Assembly: GCA_944386715.1 (NCBI GenBank) | Contig: CALXCD010000001.1 | Location: 8,141-72,140, forward strand | Reading direction: 5' to 3' | From: an uncultured Clostridia bacterium | GTDB lineage: Bacteria; Bacillota; Clostridia; TANB77; CAG-508 | DNA: 64,000 nucleotides | In this document: piece by piece, positions 41,687-52,235 of the stretch | How positions within the stretch are numbered: the stretch's first letter is position 1 | Layout of the letters: every line of letters starts with the position of its first letter | Notes under the pieces: model-generated | What the model was told of the DNA's origin: nothing | Databases searched by the model: none | What the model saw: only the letters and a program-made list of their open reading frames with translations | Translations under genes and position numbers: made by a program

Positions 41687-44600
41687 TTATTCTATTATTC
41701 CAGAAACTTGTTCCAATTCTTCCTCTGTACTAATTTTTAAGTCTTGATATTTTTGCATTCCTGTTCCTGCTGGAATTAACTTACCAATAATAACATTTTC
41801 TTTTAATCCCACTAAATCATCAGTCTTACCTTTAATAGCTGCTTCTGTTAATACTCTTGTCGTTTCTTGGAAAGAAGCTGCTGACAAGAAACTATCTGTT
41901 GCAAGAGATGCTTTTGTAATACCAAGTAATACTCTCTTACCTGTAGCAGGACGTTTTCCTTCTTGTTTTGCTTGTTCATTTTTCTCTTCGAATTCATACA
42001 TATCTATTAAAGAACCTGGGAACATGTCTGTATCACCATTATCTTCTACTCTTACCTTTTTAAGCATTTGTCTACCAATTACTTCAATATGTTTATCATT
42101 GATATCAACACCTTGGTTACGATATACTTTTTGAACTTCTGAAATCAAGTATTCATAAACACCTTCTGGTCCTTTAATAGCTAATATTTCTGCTGGATTG
42201 ATAGAACCTTCAATTAAAGGCTCTCCTGCTTCTACCATATCTCCCTCTTTGACTTTCATCTTAGAACCAAATGGAATTGTATATGTTTTAGCATCATCTT
42301 TACTTGTAACAATAACTTCTTTCTTTTTCTTAGTTTCTTTAATTTTAACCTTACCATCTATTTCAGAAATAATAGCAAGTCCTTTTGGTTTTCTAGCTTC
42401 AAATAACTCTTCAACCCTTGGAAGACCTTGTGTAATATCTGCAACACCAGCAACACCACCAGAGTGAATAGTTCTCATTGTAAGCTGTGTACCGGGTTCA
42501 CCAATAGATTGTGCAGCAATGATACCAATCGCTTCTCCAATGGATACCAAATCTCTTCTTGCAAGTCCCATACCATAACATTTTTGACATACACCATGTT
42601 TTGAACGACATCCTAATACAGAACGAACTTTTAATTTTTCTATACCTGCTGCTACTATTTTCTCTGCAATAGCTTCTGTAATCATAGTATTGGTATCTAC
42701 AATTAATTCTTTTGTTTCTGGATGATATACATCTTCTACTACAAATCTTCCTAATAATCTTTCTTGCATTTTTTCAATAATTTGATTTCCATCTTTAATG
42801 TCATAAATAATAATACCATCATCTGTACCACAATCATGCTCTCTAACAATAATGTCTTGTGAAACATCTACTAATCTTCTTGTTAGATATCCTGAGTCAG
42901 CTGTTCTTAAAGCTGTATCAGAAAGTCCTTTACGAGCTCCATGGGCAGAAATGAAATATTCTAAGGCATCTAGACCTTCTGCAAAAGATGATTTAATTGG
43001 AATTTCTACTGCCTTACCAGTAGTACTTGCCATTAAACCACGCATACCTGCAATTTGTCTTAATTGGTTCATATTACCACGGGCTCCAGATTTAACCATC
43101 ATATAAATTGGGTTTAATTCATCAAAATTATCTTCCATGGCATTACTTACTTCTTTGGTAGTAGCTTCCCATACATTAATAACAGCATTATATCTTTCAC
43201 TATCTGTAATAAGACCTCTTGCATATTGTTTTCTAATATTTTCTACTTTGCTATCAGCTTCTTCTAATAATGCTTTTTTCGCTTCTGGCACTTGCACATC
43301 ACTCATAGAGAAAGTAATACCTGCTAAAGTAGAATACTTAAATCCTAATGCTTTAATATAATCAATTACCTCTGCAGACTCTGATAATCCATGAATTCTA
43401 ATAACACTTTCAATAATATTACCCATAGATTTTTTCATAACAGGGAAATTAATCTCATATTGGAAAGGATCTTTCTCTCTATCAATAAATCCTAAATCTT
43501 GTGGAATTCCTTGATTAAAGATAATTCTACCAACACTAGTTTCAATTTTTTGAGATTTCATCTCTCCATTTATTTCTTTTGTAATTCTAACATAAATTTT
43601 TGCATGAATTTCTACTTCATGATTTTCGAAAGCCATGATTGCTTCATCTGGGTCTTTGAAATATTTACCTTCCCCTTTTTCTCCATCTAATACCATTGTT
43701 AAATAATAACTTCCTAAAATCATATCTAGTCTAGGAACTGCTACTGGTCTACCATCTTGTGGTTTTAACAAGTTATTGGTAGATAGCATTAAATATCTAG
43801 ATTCTGCCTGTGCTTCTGGTGATAATGGTAAATGTACTGCCATTTGGTCACCATCGAAGTCTGCATTAAATGCCTCACAAACTAATGGGTGAAGTTTTAT
43901 TGCTCTACCTTCTACCAATACTGGTTCAAAGCTTTGTATACCTAATCTATGTAAAGTAGGAGCACGGTTTAGCATAACAGGATGGTCTTTAATAACTTCT
44001 TCCAAAATTCCCCATACTTCTGGTTTTAATCTTTCTACCATTCTTTTTGCGTTTTTAATATTTTGCGCAATACCTCTGCCTACTAATTCTCTCATGACAA
44101 ATGGTTTAAACAACTCTACTGCCATTTCTTTTGGAAGTCCACATTGATAAATCTTAAGTTCTGGTCCTACTACGATAACAGAACGTCCAGAATAATCAAC
44201 ACGTTTTCCAAGTAAGTTTTGACGGAAACGACCTTGTTTTCCTTTTAGCATATCAGATAAAGATTTTAATGGTCTATTTCCAGCACCAGTTACAGGTCTT
44301 CCACGTCTTCCATTATCAATCAAAGCATCTACAGATTCTTGTAACATTCTTTTTTCATTTCTTACAATAATTTCTGGTGCTCCTAATTCTAATAATCTTT
44401 TTAAACGATTATTTCTGTTAATAACTCTTCTATATAAATCATTTAAATCAGAAGTTGCAAATCTACCACCATCTAATTGAACCATTGGTCTTAATTCTGG
44501 TGGAATAACAGGAACTACCTGCATTACCATCCATTCTGGTCTATTTCCAGAAATTCTAAAAGATTCTACTGTATCTAATCTTTTTACAAGTTTTACCTTT

Positions 44601-45208
44601 TTTTGTTCACTTGCTCCCTCTAATTCTTTTTTGATAGAATCAGATAACTTATCTAAATCAACTTCTTCTAACAACTCTCTTAAAGCTTCTGCTCCCATTT
44701 TTGCTTTAAAAGAACCTCTTCCATATTTTTCTTCTGCCTCGTGATATTCTTTTTCATTCAATACTTGGCATTTTTCTAATCCTGTATCACCTTTATCCAC
44801 AACAATATAAGATGCAAAATAAATAACTTTTTCTAAATTTCTTGGTGAAATATCCAAAATCAAAGCAATTCTACTTGGGATTCCTTTAAAATACCAAATA
44901 TGTGCAACAGGTGCAGCAAGTTCGATATGTCCCATTCTCTCACGTCTTACCTTAGATTTCGTTACCTCAACACCACAACGGTCACAGACGATTCCTTTAT
45001 ATCTTACTCTTTTATATTTACCACAATGACATTCCCAGTCTTTTGTTGGTCCAAATATTCTTTCACAAAATAAACCATCTTTTTCTGGTTTTAAAGTTCT
45101 ATAATTGATAGTCTCTGGTTTTTTTACCTCACCTTTTGACCACTCTCTTACCTTCTCATCTGATGCGATTCCTATTTTTAACTTATTAAAAATATCTAAT
45201 TCGTCCAA
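41687..45208 (-). CDS. rpoC: DNA-directed RNA polymerase subunit beta-prime
   Basis: 1173-aa product with zinc-binding [21 protein letters not shown] and catalytic [12 protein letters not shown] start preceded by GAAGGGGGA. Confidence 0.95.
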   Translation of the reverse strand: MDELDIFNKLKIGIASDEKVREWSKGEVKKPETINYRTLKPEKDGLFCERIFGPTKDWECHCGKYKRVRYKGIVCDRCGVEVTKSKVRRERMGHIELAAPVAHIWYFKGIPSRIALILDISPRNLEKVIYFASYIVVDKGDTGLEKCQVLNEKEYHEAEEKYGRGSFKAKMGAEALRELLEEVDLDKLSDSIKKELEGASEQKKVKLVKRLDTVESFRISGNRPEWMVMQVVPVIPPELRPMVQLDGGRFATSDLNDLYRRVINRNNRLKRLLELGAPEIIVRNEKRMLQESVDALIDNGRRGRPVTGAGNRPLKSLSDMLKGKQGRFRQNLLGKRVDYSGRSVIVVGPELKIYQCGLPKEMAVELFKPFVMRELVGRGIAQNIKNAKRMVERLKPEVWGILEEVIKDHPVMLNRAPTLHRLGIQSFEPVLVEGRAIKLHPLVCEAFNADFDGDQMAVHLPLSPEAQAESRYLMLSTNNLLKPQDGRPVAVPRLDMILGSYYLTMVLDGEKGEGKYFKDPDEAIMAFENHEVEIHAKIYVRITKEINGEMKSQKIETSVGRIIFNQGIPQDLGFIDREKDPFQYEINFPVMKKSMGNIIESVIRIHGLSESAEVIDYIKALGFKYSTLAGITFSMSDVQVPEAKKALLEEADSKVENIRKQYARGLITDSERYNAVINVWEATTKEVSNAMEDNFDELNPIYMMVKSGARGNMNQLRQIAGMRGLMASTTGKAVEIPIKSSFAEGLDALEYFISAHGARKGLSDTALRTADSGYLTRRLVDVSQDIIVREHDCGTDDGIIIYDIKDGNQIIEKMQERLLGRFVVEDVYHPETKELIVDTNTMITEAIAEKIVAAGIEKLKVRSVLGCRSKHGVCQKCYGMGLARRDLVSIGEAIGIIAAQSIGEPGTQLTMRTIHSGGVAGVADITQGLPRVEELFEARKPKGLAIISEIDGKVKIKETKKKKEVIVTSKDDAKTYTIPFGSKMKVKEGDMVEAGEPLIEGSINPAEILAIKGPEGVYEYLISEVQKVYRNQGVDINDKHIEVIGRQMLKKVRVEDNGDTDMFPGSLIDMYEFEEKNEQAKQEGKRPATGKRVLLGITKASLATDSFLSAASFQETTRVLTEAAIKGKTDDLVGLKENVIIGKLIPAGTGMQKYQDLKISTEEELEQVSGIIE

Positions 45209-45245
45209 TTTTTTTCCCCCTTCGGTTAATTTGGTTATGGCTATT

Positions 45246-45298
45246 GGGGGACTGTCCCTCGATTGCCAAAAATGGTTACTTTTGGGACAGGTCCCCTA
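45246..45298 (-). promoter_or_regulatory. GC-rich 12-bp stem-loop (GGGGAC(C)TGTCCC ... GGGACAGTCCCC) in the rpoB-rpoC spacer
   Basis: Stands out in a 30%-GC background. Lies 40-90 nt upstream of the rpoC start. A candidate processing or attenuation structure. Confidence 0.4.
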
Positions 45299-45412
45299 TT
45301 ACTTCAAAACAACTTCTAGGGCTATCCACTGCTCGAACAATTCCTTCTGGTCGCCTTTTCATTTTTTGGAGTATATGACTAGAAAATCTTATCATTTCCC
45401 AGTTTTTTATCA

Positions 45413-45907
45413 TTACACTTCTCTTTCTTCTTCCTTATCTGTCTTTTCTTCTAACATTCCTTGTGTCCAAAATACTTTTAGCCAGGTAGCATATCTGTCT
45501 CTATTTCTTTCATCCTGCTGTGTTAAATGTTCCAATATAGATTCTTCCGTAATTTCCTTATTTTGCTGTTTCATTTGTCCCATTGTTTCCTTGATTTTTT
45601 GCATCGCACGATTTCTTAAATGTATCGCTTCTATTTGTTCTCTTTCCACATGATTTCTATCTACTATGGCAACATTATCTACATAAGTTAATATTTTACT
45701 TAATCTTAGTTTTGCTTCGCTAACAGCTTGATGTTTTAAACCCAAATATGGCAAACTCTCTATACCTAAATTATTTACAATTTCATCAAAATTAACAAAA
45801 GCTCCATTTGGCAATTTTCCAACCGTATTACATATCCCTTTTACCAAAGTATTTCTTATTGCTTCTCTTGTATTAATTTCATATTTGGGAATCTCTAATC
45901 TACTCAT
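45413..45907 (-). CDS. Hypothetical 164-aa protein encoded between rpoB and rpoC (helical, Glu/Lys-rich C-terminus)
   Basis: Intact ORF starting 11 nt after the rpoB stop with RBS AAGAGGAAAA. 204-nt spacer before rpoC. Composition matches the host genome. No recognisable motif. Confidence 0.6.
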   Translation of the reverse strand: MSRLEIPKYEINTREAIRNTLVKGICNTVGKLPNGAFVNFDEIVNNLGIESLPYLGLKHQAVSEAKLRLSKILTYVDNVAIVDRNHVEREQIEAIHLRNRAMQKIKETMGQMKQQNKEITEESILEHLTQQDERNRDRYATWLKVFWTQGMLEEKTDKEEEREV

Positions 45908-45918
45908 GTTTTTTCCTC

Positions 45919-48900
45919 TTATTCTATGATGTCATTTTCATCATCTAGATTATCGTTTGCTAAATCATTATCAAATAATAATTCATCACCCTCATCATCT
46001 AAATCCTGAAACAATTCGTCATCTCCATCATCATAATCATCTGTTTCATCTAGTAATACATCATCTTCTGTATCTTCTCCATAGCCATCTAAATCTTCGT
46101 CTGCTACAATTTCTTCTTCTGTTAATAATTTTTTATCTTTTTCAGGATCGTATTCAATTCCTTCTTCAATATTTTCTTTTAATTCTAATTCTTGATTATC
46201 TCCTGAATATAATCTAACATCTAATCCTAAAGATTGTAATTCTTTTACTAAAACTTTAAAGCTTTCAGGAACTCCTGGCTCTGGAACATTTTCACCTTTT
46301 ACAATAGCTTCATAGGTTTTTACTCTTCCCACAACATCATCTGATTTAACAGTCAACATTTCTTGTAATGTATAAGCTGCACCATAAGCTTCTAATGCCC
46401 AAACTTCCATCTCTCCAAAACGTTGTCCACCAAATTGTGCTTTTCCTCCTAAAGGTTGTTGTGTTACTAATGAATATGGTCCTGTTGAACGAGCATGTAT
46501 TTTGTCATCTACTAAGTGGTGTAGTTTTAACATATACATAACCCCTACTGTAATAGGTTTATCAAATGGGTCTCCTGTTCTTCCATCATATAAAATAGTT
46601 TTTCCATCTTTACTCATTCCGGCTTTTTCTAGTATTTCCTCTACATCTTTTTGTGTTGCTCCATCAAATACTGGTGTTGAAACTTTCCATCCTAATGCTT
46701 TTGCAGCACCTCCTAAATGTACTTCTAAAACTTGCCCTAAGTTCATACGAGAAGGTACACCTAGTGGATTTAATAAAATGTCAATTGGTGTTCCATCTGG
46801 CATAAATGGCATATCTTCTTCTGGTAATACTCTTGAAATAACACCCTTATTACCATGACGTCCTGCCATCTTATCACCAACAGATATCTTTCTCTTTGTT
46901 GCAATATAACATCTTATAATTTGATTTACACCAGGTCCTAATTCATCAGAATTATCTCTTGTAAAGATTTTAACATCTACTATGGTTCCTGCTTCTCCAT
47001 GTGGTACTCTTAAAGAAGTATCTCTTACTTCTCTTGCTTTTTCTCCGAAAATAGCACGTAATAATCTTTCTTCAGCTGTTAATTCTGTTTCTCCTTTTGG
47101 TGTAACCTTACCAACTAAAATATCTCCTGGTCTTACTTCTGCACCAATACGAATAATTCCATTTTCGTCTAAGTCTTTTAAAGAATCATCACCCACATTT
47201 GGAATATCTCTTGTAATTTCTTCTGCTCCTAATTTAGTATCACGACATTCACAATCATATTCTTCAATGTGAATAGAAGTAAATACATCTTCTTTTACTA
47301 GTCTTTCATTAATTAAAATAGCATCTTCATAGTTATAACCTTCCCAAGTAGAAAATGCAACTAATACATTTTTACCAAGTGCCATTTCTCCATTTTGTGT
47401 AGATGGTCCATCTGCAATTGCTTCTCCTTTTTTTACTTTTTCTCCGGCTTTTACAATTGGTTTTTGATTAATACATGTCCCACCATTTGTTCTCTTGAAT
47501 TTACGCAATTTATGTACTATTGTTTTTCCGCTTTTATATTTTACAGTAATTGCATCACCTGTAACTTTTTCTATTACTCCATCTTCTTCTGCTAAAATTA
47601 AAATTCCTGAGTCTTTTGCTGCTCTATATTCAATTCCTGTTCCTACAATTGGAGATTCTGTAATCATTAATGGAACTGCTTGACGTTGCATGTTAGCTCC
47701 CATTAAAGCTCTTTTTGCATCATCATGCTCTAAGAATGGTATCATTGCTGCTGCAATAGATACTAATTGTTTTGGTGATACATCTACATATTGTACTTTA
47801 TCTCTATCTACTTCTATTACTTCATTTCTGTATCTAACTCTAATTCTTTCATTTTTTAGACATCCTTTTTCATCAATTGGTTCTGAAGCTTGAGCTATAA
47901 TATAATTATCTTCTACATCTGCACTCATGTATTCTACAATATCTGTTAATTGATGTGTTTTTGAATCAATCTTTCTATATGGTGTTTCAATAAATCCATA
48001 TTCATTAATAATTGTAAAAGATGATAATGCAGAAATTAATCCGATATTTGGTCCTTCTGGAGATTCAATTGGACATAATCTACCATAATGAGTATAGTGA
48101 ACATCACGAACCTCAAATCCTGCTCTTTCTCTTGTTAATCCACCAGGTCCTAAAGCAGAAATTCTTCTTTTATGTGTCAACTCTGAAAGTGGATTTGTTT
48201 GATCCATAAATTGTGATAATTGTGAACTTCCAAAGAATTCTCTTATGGCTGATGTAATTGGCTTTGTATTAATTAAAGTTTGTGGTGTAATAACATCTAA
48301 ATCTTGAATAGTCATTCTTTCACGAACAACTCTTTCTAATCTTGTTAAACCAATTCTAAATTGATTTTGCAATAATTCTCCAACACAACGGATTCTACGA
48401 TTTGCTAAATGGTCAATATCATCTATTTTTCCAAGTCCATGAGAAAGATTTAATAAGTAATTAATAGATGCAATCATATCTTCTGTTGTAATATGCTTTG
48501 GAACTAATTCATCATATCTTTCTTGTAATACTTTTACTAAATCTTTTTCTTCTGTATTATCTATGATATTTTTCAATACATTGTAATTTACTAATTCTTT
48601 AAAATGTAATTTGCTTAAATCTACATTTGGTAAAACAGCATGAATATTTACGGTACTATTACCAATAACTCTTACTTTTCTTTCGCCAACCATAACATCT
48701 ACTATGTTAATACCCGCATTTTGAATGGCTTCTGCAAGATCTTCTTGAATTACTTCTCCTGCTTGTACCAAAACTTCTCCTGTTTCAGCATCCATAATAT
48801 CTTCAGCAGCAATTTTATCTTGGATTCTAGTAGCTAAATTTAATTTTTGATTAAATTTATATCTTCCTACTTTTGCTAAATCATATCTTCTATTATCATA

Positions 48901-49689
48901 GAACAATCCATTAAATAAATTTCTAGCAGCATCTACTGTTGGAAGTTCTCCTGGTCTTAACTTTTTATAAATTTCAATTAATGCTTCTTCTTGGTCTTTA
49001 ATGGTATCTTTTGCAATAGTAGCTGTTAGCATTTCTTCATCACCAAATAGTTCTCTTATTTGGTCATCTGAAACAACACCAATAGCACGAAGTAAAGTGG
49101 TAACAGGTAATTTTCTTGTCCTATCTACACGAACATAAAAAACATCATTACCATCAGTTTCATATTCAAGCCAAGCACCACGAAGTGGCATAACAGTGGA
49201 TGTATATGTTTTCTTTCCAGTCTTGGTATCAAATTCTTCTGCATAATAACAACCTGGTGAACGAACTAACTGACTAACTACAACTCTTTCTGCTCCGTTA
49301 ATGATAAATGTTCCACTATCTGTCATTAACGGAAAATCTCCTAAGTAAATTTCTTGCTCTTTAATTTCTCCTGTTTCACGATTGATTAATCTAACCTTTA
49401 CGTGTAATCTAGTAGAATAAGTAGCATCTCTTTCTTTTGCTTCTTCTACTGTATATTTTGTCTTATCCTCCATGTAATAATCGAAAAATTCAAGAACTAA
49501 ATTTCCAGAATAGTCTTCTATTGGTGAAATATCTCTTAATACTTCTCCCAATCCTTCCTCTACAAACCAGTCATATGAATCTTTTTGAACTTTAATTAGG
49601 TTTGGCATTTCAATATAATCCCCAACCTTTGCGAAATCCTTACGAGATGCCTTCTCGTATTTGACATCTTTTAATTCCAAAAAAATCAC
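45919..49689 (-). CDS. rpoB: DNA-directed RNA polymerase subunit beta
   Basis: 1256-aa product with conserved rifampicin cluster and C-terminal acidic tail. Start is GTG at 49689 or TTG at 49680. Confidence 0.95.
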   Translation of the reverse strand: MIFLELKDVKYEKASRKDFAKVGDYIEMPNLIKVQKDSYDWFVEEGLGEVLRDISPIEDYSGNLVLEFFDYYMEDKTKYTVEEAKERDATYSTRLHVKVRLINRETGEIKEQEIYLGDFPLMTDSGTFIINGAERVVVSQLVRSPGCYYAEEFDTKTGKKTYTSTVMPLRGAWLEYETDGNDVFYVRVDRTRKLPVTTLLRAIGVVSDDQIRELFGDEEMLTATIAKDTIKDQEEALIEIYKKLRPGELPTVDAARNLFNGLFYDNRRYDLAKVGRYKFNQKLNLATRIQDKIAAEDIMDAETGEVLVQAGEVIQEDLAEAIQNAGINIVDVMVGERKVRVIGNSTVNIHAVLPNVDLSKLHFKELVNYNVLKNIIDNTEEKDLVKVLQERYDELVPKHITTEDMIASINYLLNLSHGLGKIDDIDHLANRRIRCVGELLQNQFRIGLTRLERVVRERMTIQDLDVITPQTLINTKPITSAIREFFGSSQLSQFMDQTNPLSELTHKRRISALGPGGLTRERAGFEVRDVHYTHYGRLCPIESPEGPNIGLISALSSFTIINEYGFIETPYRKIDSKTHQLTDIVEYMSADVEDNYIIAQASEPIDEKGCLKNERIRVRYRNEVIEVDRDKVQYVDVSPKQLVSIAAAMIPFLEHDDAKRALMGANMQRQAVPLMITESPIVGTGIEYRAAKDSGILILAEEDGVIEKVTGDAITVKYKSGKTIVHKLRKFKRTNGGTCINQKPIVKAGEKVKKGEAIADGPSTQNGEMALGKNVLVAFSTWEGYNYEDAILINERLVKEDVFTSIHIEEYDCECRDTKLGAEEITRDIPNVGDDSLKDLDENGIIRIGAEVRPGDILVGKVTPKGETELTAEERLLRAIFGEKAREVRDTSLRVPHGEAGTIVDVKIFTRDNSDELGPGVNQIIRCYIATKRKISVGDKMAGRHGNKGVISRVLPEEDMPFMPDGTPIDILLNPLGVPSRMNLGQVLEVHLGGAAKALGWKVSTPVFDGATQKDVEEILEKAGMSKDGKTILYDGRTGDPFDKPITVGVMYMLKLHHLVDDKIHARSTGPYSLVTQQPLGGKAQFGGQRFGEMEVWALEAYGAAYTLQEMLTVKSDDVVGRVKTYEAIVKGENVPEPGVPESFKVLVKELQSLGLDVRLYSGDNQELELKENIEEGIEYDPEKDKKLLTEEEIVADEDLDGYGEDTEDDVLLDETDDYDDGDDELFQDLDDEGDELLFDNDLANDNLDDENDIIE

Positions 49690-50056
49690 CCCTATAAAAT
49701 ATTAAGCAGAAAAAAATCAATCTTTCGATTGTTTATATATGGAAAAAAAGTCCCTCTTAAATACTTTCCTCTTAACTAAGTTTTTAATTTGTCTGCTCCC
49801 ACAAATTAAATTTGCTTAGGGATTTCAGCATTTAATTCCTCTTTTCTTCTTCATAAACGAAAATAATAATGAAATAATTTCTTTGCAAAATTAACCCTTT
49901 TGTAAAACAAACGGCAATAAAAGAGCTGTTGAAAATCCTCTGTTTTTCAACTGGCTCTAAGAGTTATTTAATTTCACATTTTTTCTTTTCTTTATTTTTA
50001 TCACCCTTATGTTTTTCTTTTTTTCATTTGGGTAAATTTTCCTTGCAAATATCTTT

Positions 50057-50095
50057 ATTATAATATCATATTTTTCTTACGGATGTCAAGGTTTT
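50057..50095 (-). promoter_or_regulatory. Candidate rpoB promoter (TTGACA, about 18-nt spacer, TATTAT) at the head of a roughly 400-nt leader
   Basis: Reverse strand reads ccTTGACAtccgtaagaaaaatatgaTATTATaat. rpoB is not preceded by rplL here, so it needs its own promoter. Confidence 0.4.
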
Positions 50096-50114
50096 GAGCG
50101 AAAATTCATCAAAA

Positions 50115-50150
50115 AAATTTGGCATCCATACCTGGAACCATTGCCAAATT
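50115..50150. repeat. Degenerate half-copy of the GGTTCC...GGAACC palindrome (TTTGGCATCCATACCTGGAACC) inside a short AAATTTGGCA / TGCCAAATTT hairpin
   Basis: 21/22 match to the right arm of the 8168 and 26783 elements. Lies just past the stop of the 50152 gene. Confidence 0.6.
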
Positions 50151-50151
50151 T

Positions 50152-51267
50152 CTAACAAGTTTTATATCTTATATAATCTTCTAACAATATTTTAATAACA
50201 GCAGTAACAGGAACCGCTAAAAACATACCTAAAATTCCAAAATAAGCTCCTCCAACTGTAATAGAAAAAAGAACAAATAGTGGGCTTATTTTTAATGATT
50301 GGCCTACAATTTTAGGGTTAATGATATTTGCATCTATTTGTTGTAAAATTATAACAACAATCAACATCCAAATTGTTTGACTAATACCACCTGTAATCAA
50401 AGTAATAATACCAGCAATACCAACTGCTATAATGGCTCCAATATATGGAATCATATTAAATAATCCAATTAAAAATCCTAACAATGGTGCATATTTTATT
50501 CCCATTATTGTCATTGCTATTGTTACCAAAATCCCAACTATAACTGCATCTAAAAATTGACTAACAATAAATTTAAAGAAAATTTGATTAGAATTATCAA
50601 AATATTTATCTAAATTTCGATATACTCTTTCTTTTAATATTGCACTCATAAATTTTTTTAGAAAACGAATTATTTGTGTTCTTTCTGATAATATATAAAT
50701 AGATACAACAACAGCTACAAATATATCAAAAATACCTGTTACAGCTTGAATAGCACTTCCTATATATGCCAATATTTTATCTACCTGAAAATATTGTTTA
50801 ATGTCTATATTTTGAATTCCCTGAATAGCATCTTTTACTACTTCTCCTTTTAAGAAAGAGTCTTCTGGTAAATCATTGTATTTTTGTATTGCAAGTTCAT
50901 AATAGCTTTGAATATTATTAATTAAATCTTCTACACTTTCTAACACAACAGGTAGAATTACATTAATTAAAATAACTAATAATAATACCACTATAAGATA
51001 AACTGTCATAATACTCAATGTTCTAGCTTTTTTTCTAACAAATTTAATTTTAGACTTTAGAAATGTTTCTTCGATTTTTTTACATGGCATATATAGCAAA
51101 TAAGCAATAAATATACCAGCAAAAAAAGGAGCTATTATATCTAAAAATTTATGTACTACTCCCATAACATCTTGAAAATTATCAAAAAGTTTATAAACAA
51201 TAATAATAGCTACTCCTAATAAAAACCAATATACCCATTTCTTCCAATGATTTTTCATTTCTTCCAT
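50152..51267 (-). CDS. AI-2E family transporter (UPF0118 / YtvI-like permease)
   Basis: About 8 predicted TM helices with the characteristic C-terminal GILGMFLAVPVTAVIKIL region. Confidence 0.7.
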   Translation of the reverse strand: MEEMKNHWKKWVYWFLLGVAIIIVYKLFDNFQDVMGVVHKFLDIIAPFFAGIFIAYLLYMPCKKIEETFLKSKIKFVRKKARTLSIMTVYLIVVLLLVILINVILPVVLESVEDLINNIQSYYELAIQKYNDLPEDSFLKGEVVKDAIQGIQNIDIKQYFQVDKILAYIGSAIQAVTGIFDIFVAVVVSIYILSERTQIIRFLKKFMSAILKERVYRNLDKYFDNSNQIFFKFIVSQFLDAVIVGILVTIAMTIMGIKYAPLLGFLIGLFNMIPYIGAIIAVGIAGIITLITGGISQTIWMLIVVIILQQIDANIINPKIVGQSLKISPLFVLFSITVGGAYFGILGMFLAVPVTAVIKILLEDYIRYKTC

Positions 51268-51287
51268 TTACTACACTCCTATCAAAA

Positions 51288-52040
51288 TTAAAATATTTCT
51301 AATCCCACTGGGCAATGGTCACTTCCCATTACTTCAGGATAAATTGTAGCTTCTTTTATTTTATCTTTAATACTTTCAGAAACTATAAAATAATCTATTC
51401 TCCAACCTACATTTTTTTCTCTTGCTCTTCCCATATATGACCACCAGCTATAAGCTCCTTCTTTTTTTGGGTACAAATATCGATAAGTATCAATAAATCC
51501 AGAATTTAATAATTCTGTCATTTTATTTCTTTCCTCATTTGTAAATCCTGCATTACCTTTATTAGTTTTTGGATTTTTTAAGTCTATTTCGTTATGTGCT
51601 ACATTTAAATCTCCACACATAATAACTGGTTTTTTATTATTTAAATTTAATATATATTTTCTAATTTCATCTTCCCATATTTGTCTATAATCTAGTCTTT
51701 CCAATTCTCTTTTAGAATTAGGAGTATAAATATTTACCATATAAAAGTTCTCATATTCTAATGTGATAACTCTACCTTCTTTGTCATGCTCTTCTATTCC
51801 AATTCCATATTGTACTTGCATTGGCTTTTGTTTGGTAAAAATAGCTGTCCCAGAATATCCCTTTTTTTCTGCACTATTCCAATAACTAGTATATCCTTCA
51901 AATTCCAAATCAATTTGTCCTGATTGGCATTTTGTTTCTTGAATACAAAAAATATCTGCATCTATTTGTTTAAAAAATTCTTCAAATCCTTTATTGACAC
52001 ATGCTCTTATTCCATTTACATTCCATGAAATTAATTTCAT
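51288..52040 (-). CDS. xth: Exodeoxyribonuclease III (AP endonuclease)
   Basis: MKLISWNVNGIRA...CIQETK and C-terminal GSDHCPV. Start placed at the ATG with AGGAGA RBS, not the upstream ORF-track ATG. Confidence 0.88.
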   Translation of the reverse strand: MKLISWNVNGIRACVNKGFEEFFKQIDADIFCIQETKCQSGQIDLEFEGYTSYWNSAEKKGYSGTAIFTKQKPMQVQYGIGIEEHDKEGRVITLEYENFYMVNIYTPNSKRELERLDYRQIWEDEIRKYILNLNNKKPVIMCGDLNVAHNEIDLKNPKTNKGNAGFTNEERNKMTELLNSGFIDTYRYLYPKKEGAYSWWSYMGRAREKNVGWRIDYFIVSESIKDKIKEATIYPEVMGSDHCPVGLEIF

Positions 52041-52134
52041 CGTTTTTTCTCCTCTTTTATCAAATAACTTTTTCATTTTTTTATCTTACTATATTTTCTT
52101 ATAAATTTCAATATTTTTAGTAACTTTCCTTTTG

Positions 52135-52195
52135 TAGAAAAAAGAGAACTTTAATAATTTACTTACTTAAAAAAGTAAATTATTAAGCTCTCTTT
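52135..52195 (-). terminator. Roughly 20-bp imperfect hairpin followed by T-run, terminator of the pilin-like surface protein gene
   Basis: AGAGAACTTTAATAATTTAC / GTAAATTATTAAGCTCTCT arms, followed by TTTTTTCTAC on the minus strand. Confidence 0.5.
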
Positions 52196-52235
52196 ATCAT
52201 TTTATTTTTTAAATATGAATTAGCTATTTCTGCTT

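Noticed and set aside
45105-45653. 182-aa plus-strand ORF spanning the rpoC start, the spacer and the 164-aa gene
   Set aside because: It crosses an intergenic GC hairpin and is antisense to two genes with good RBSs. Its composition is not protein-like.
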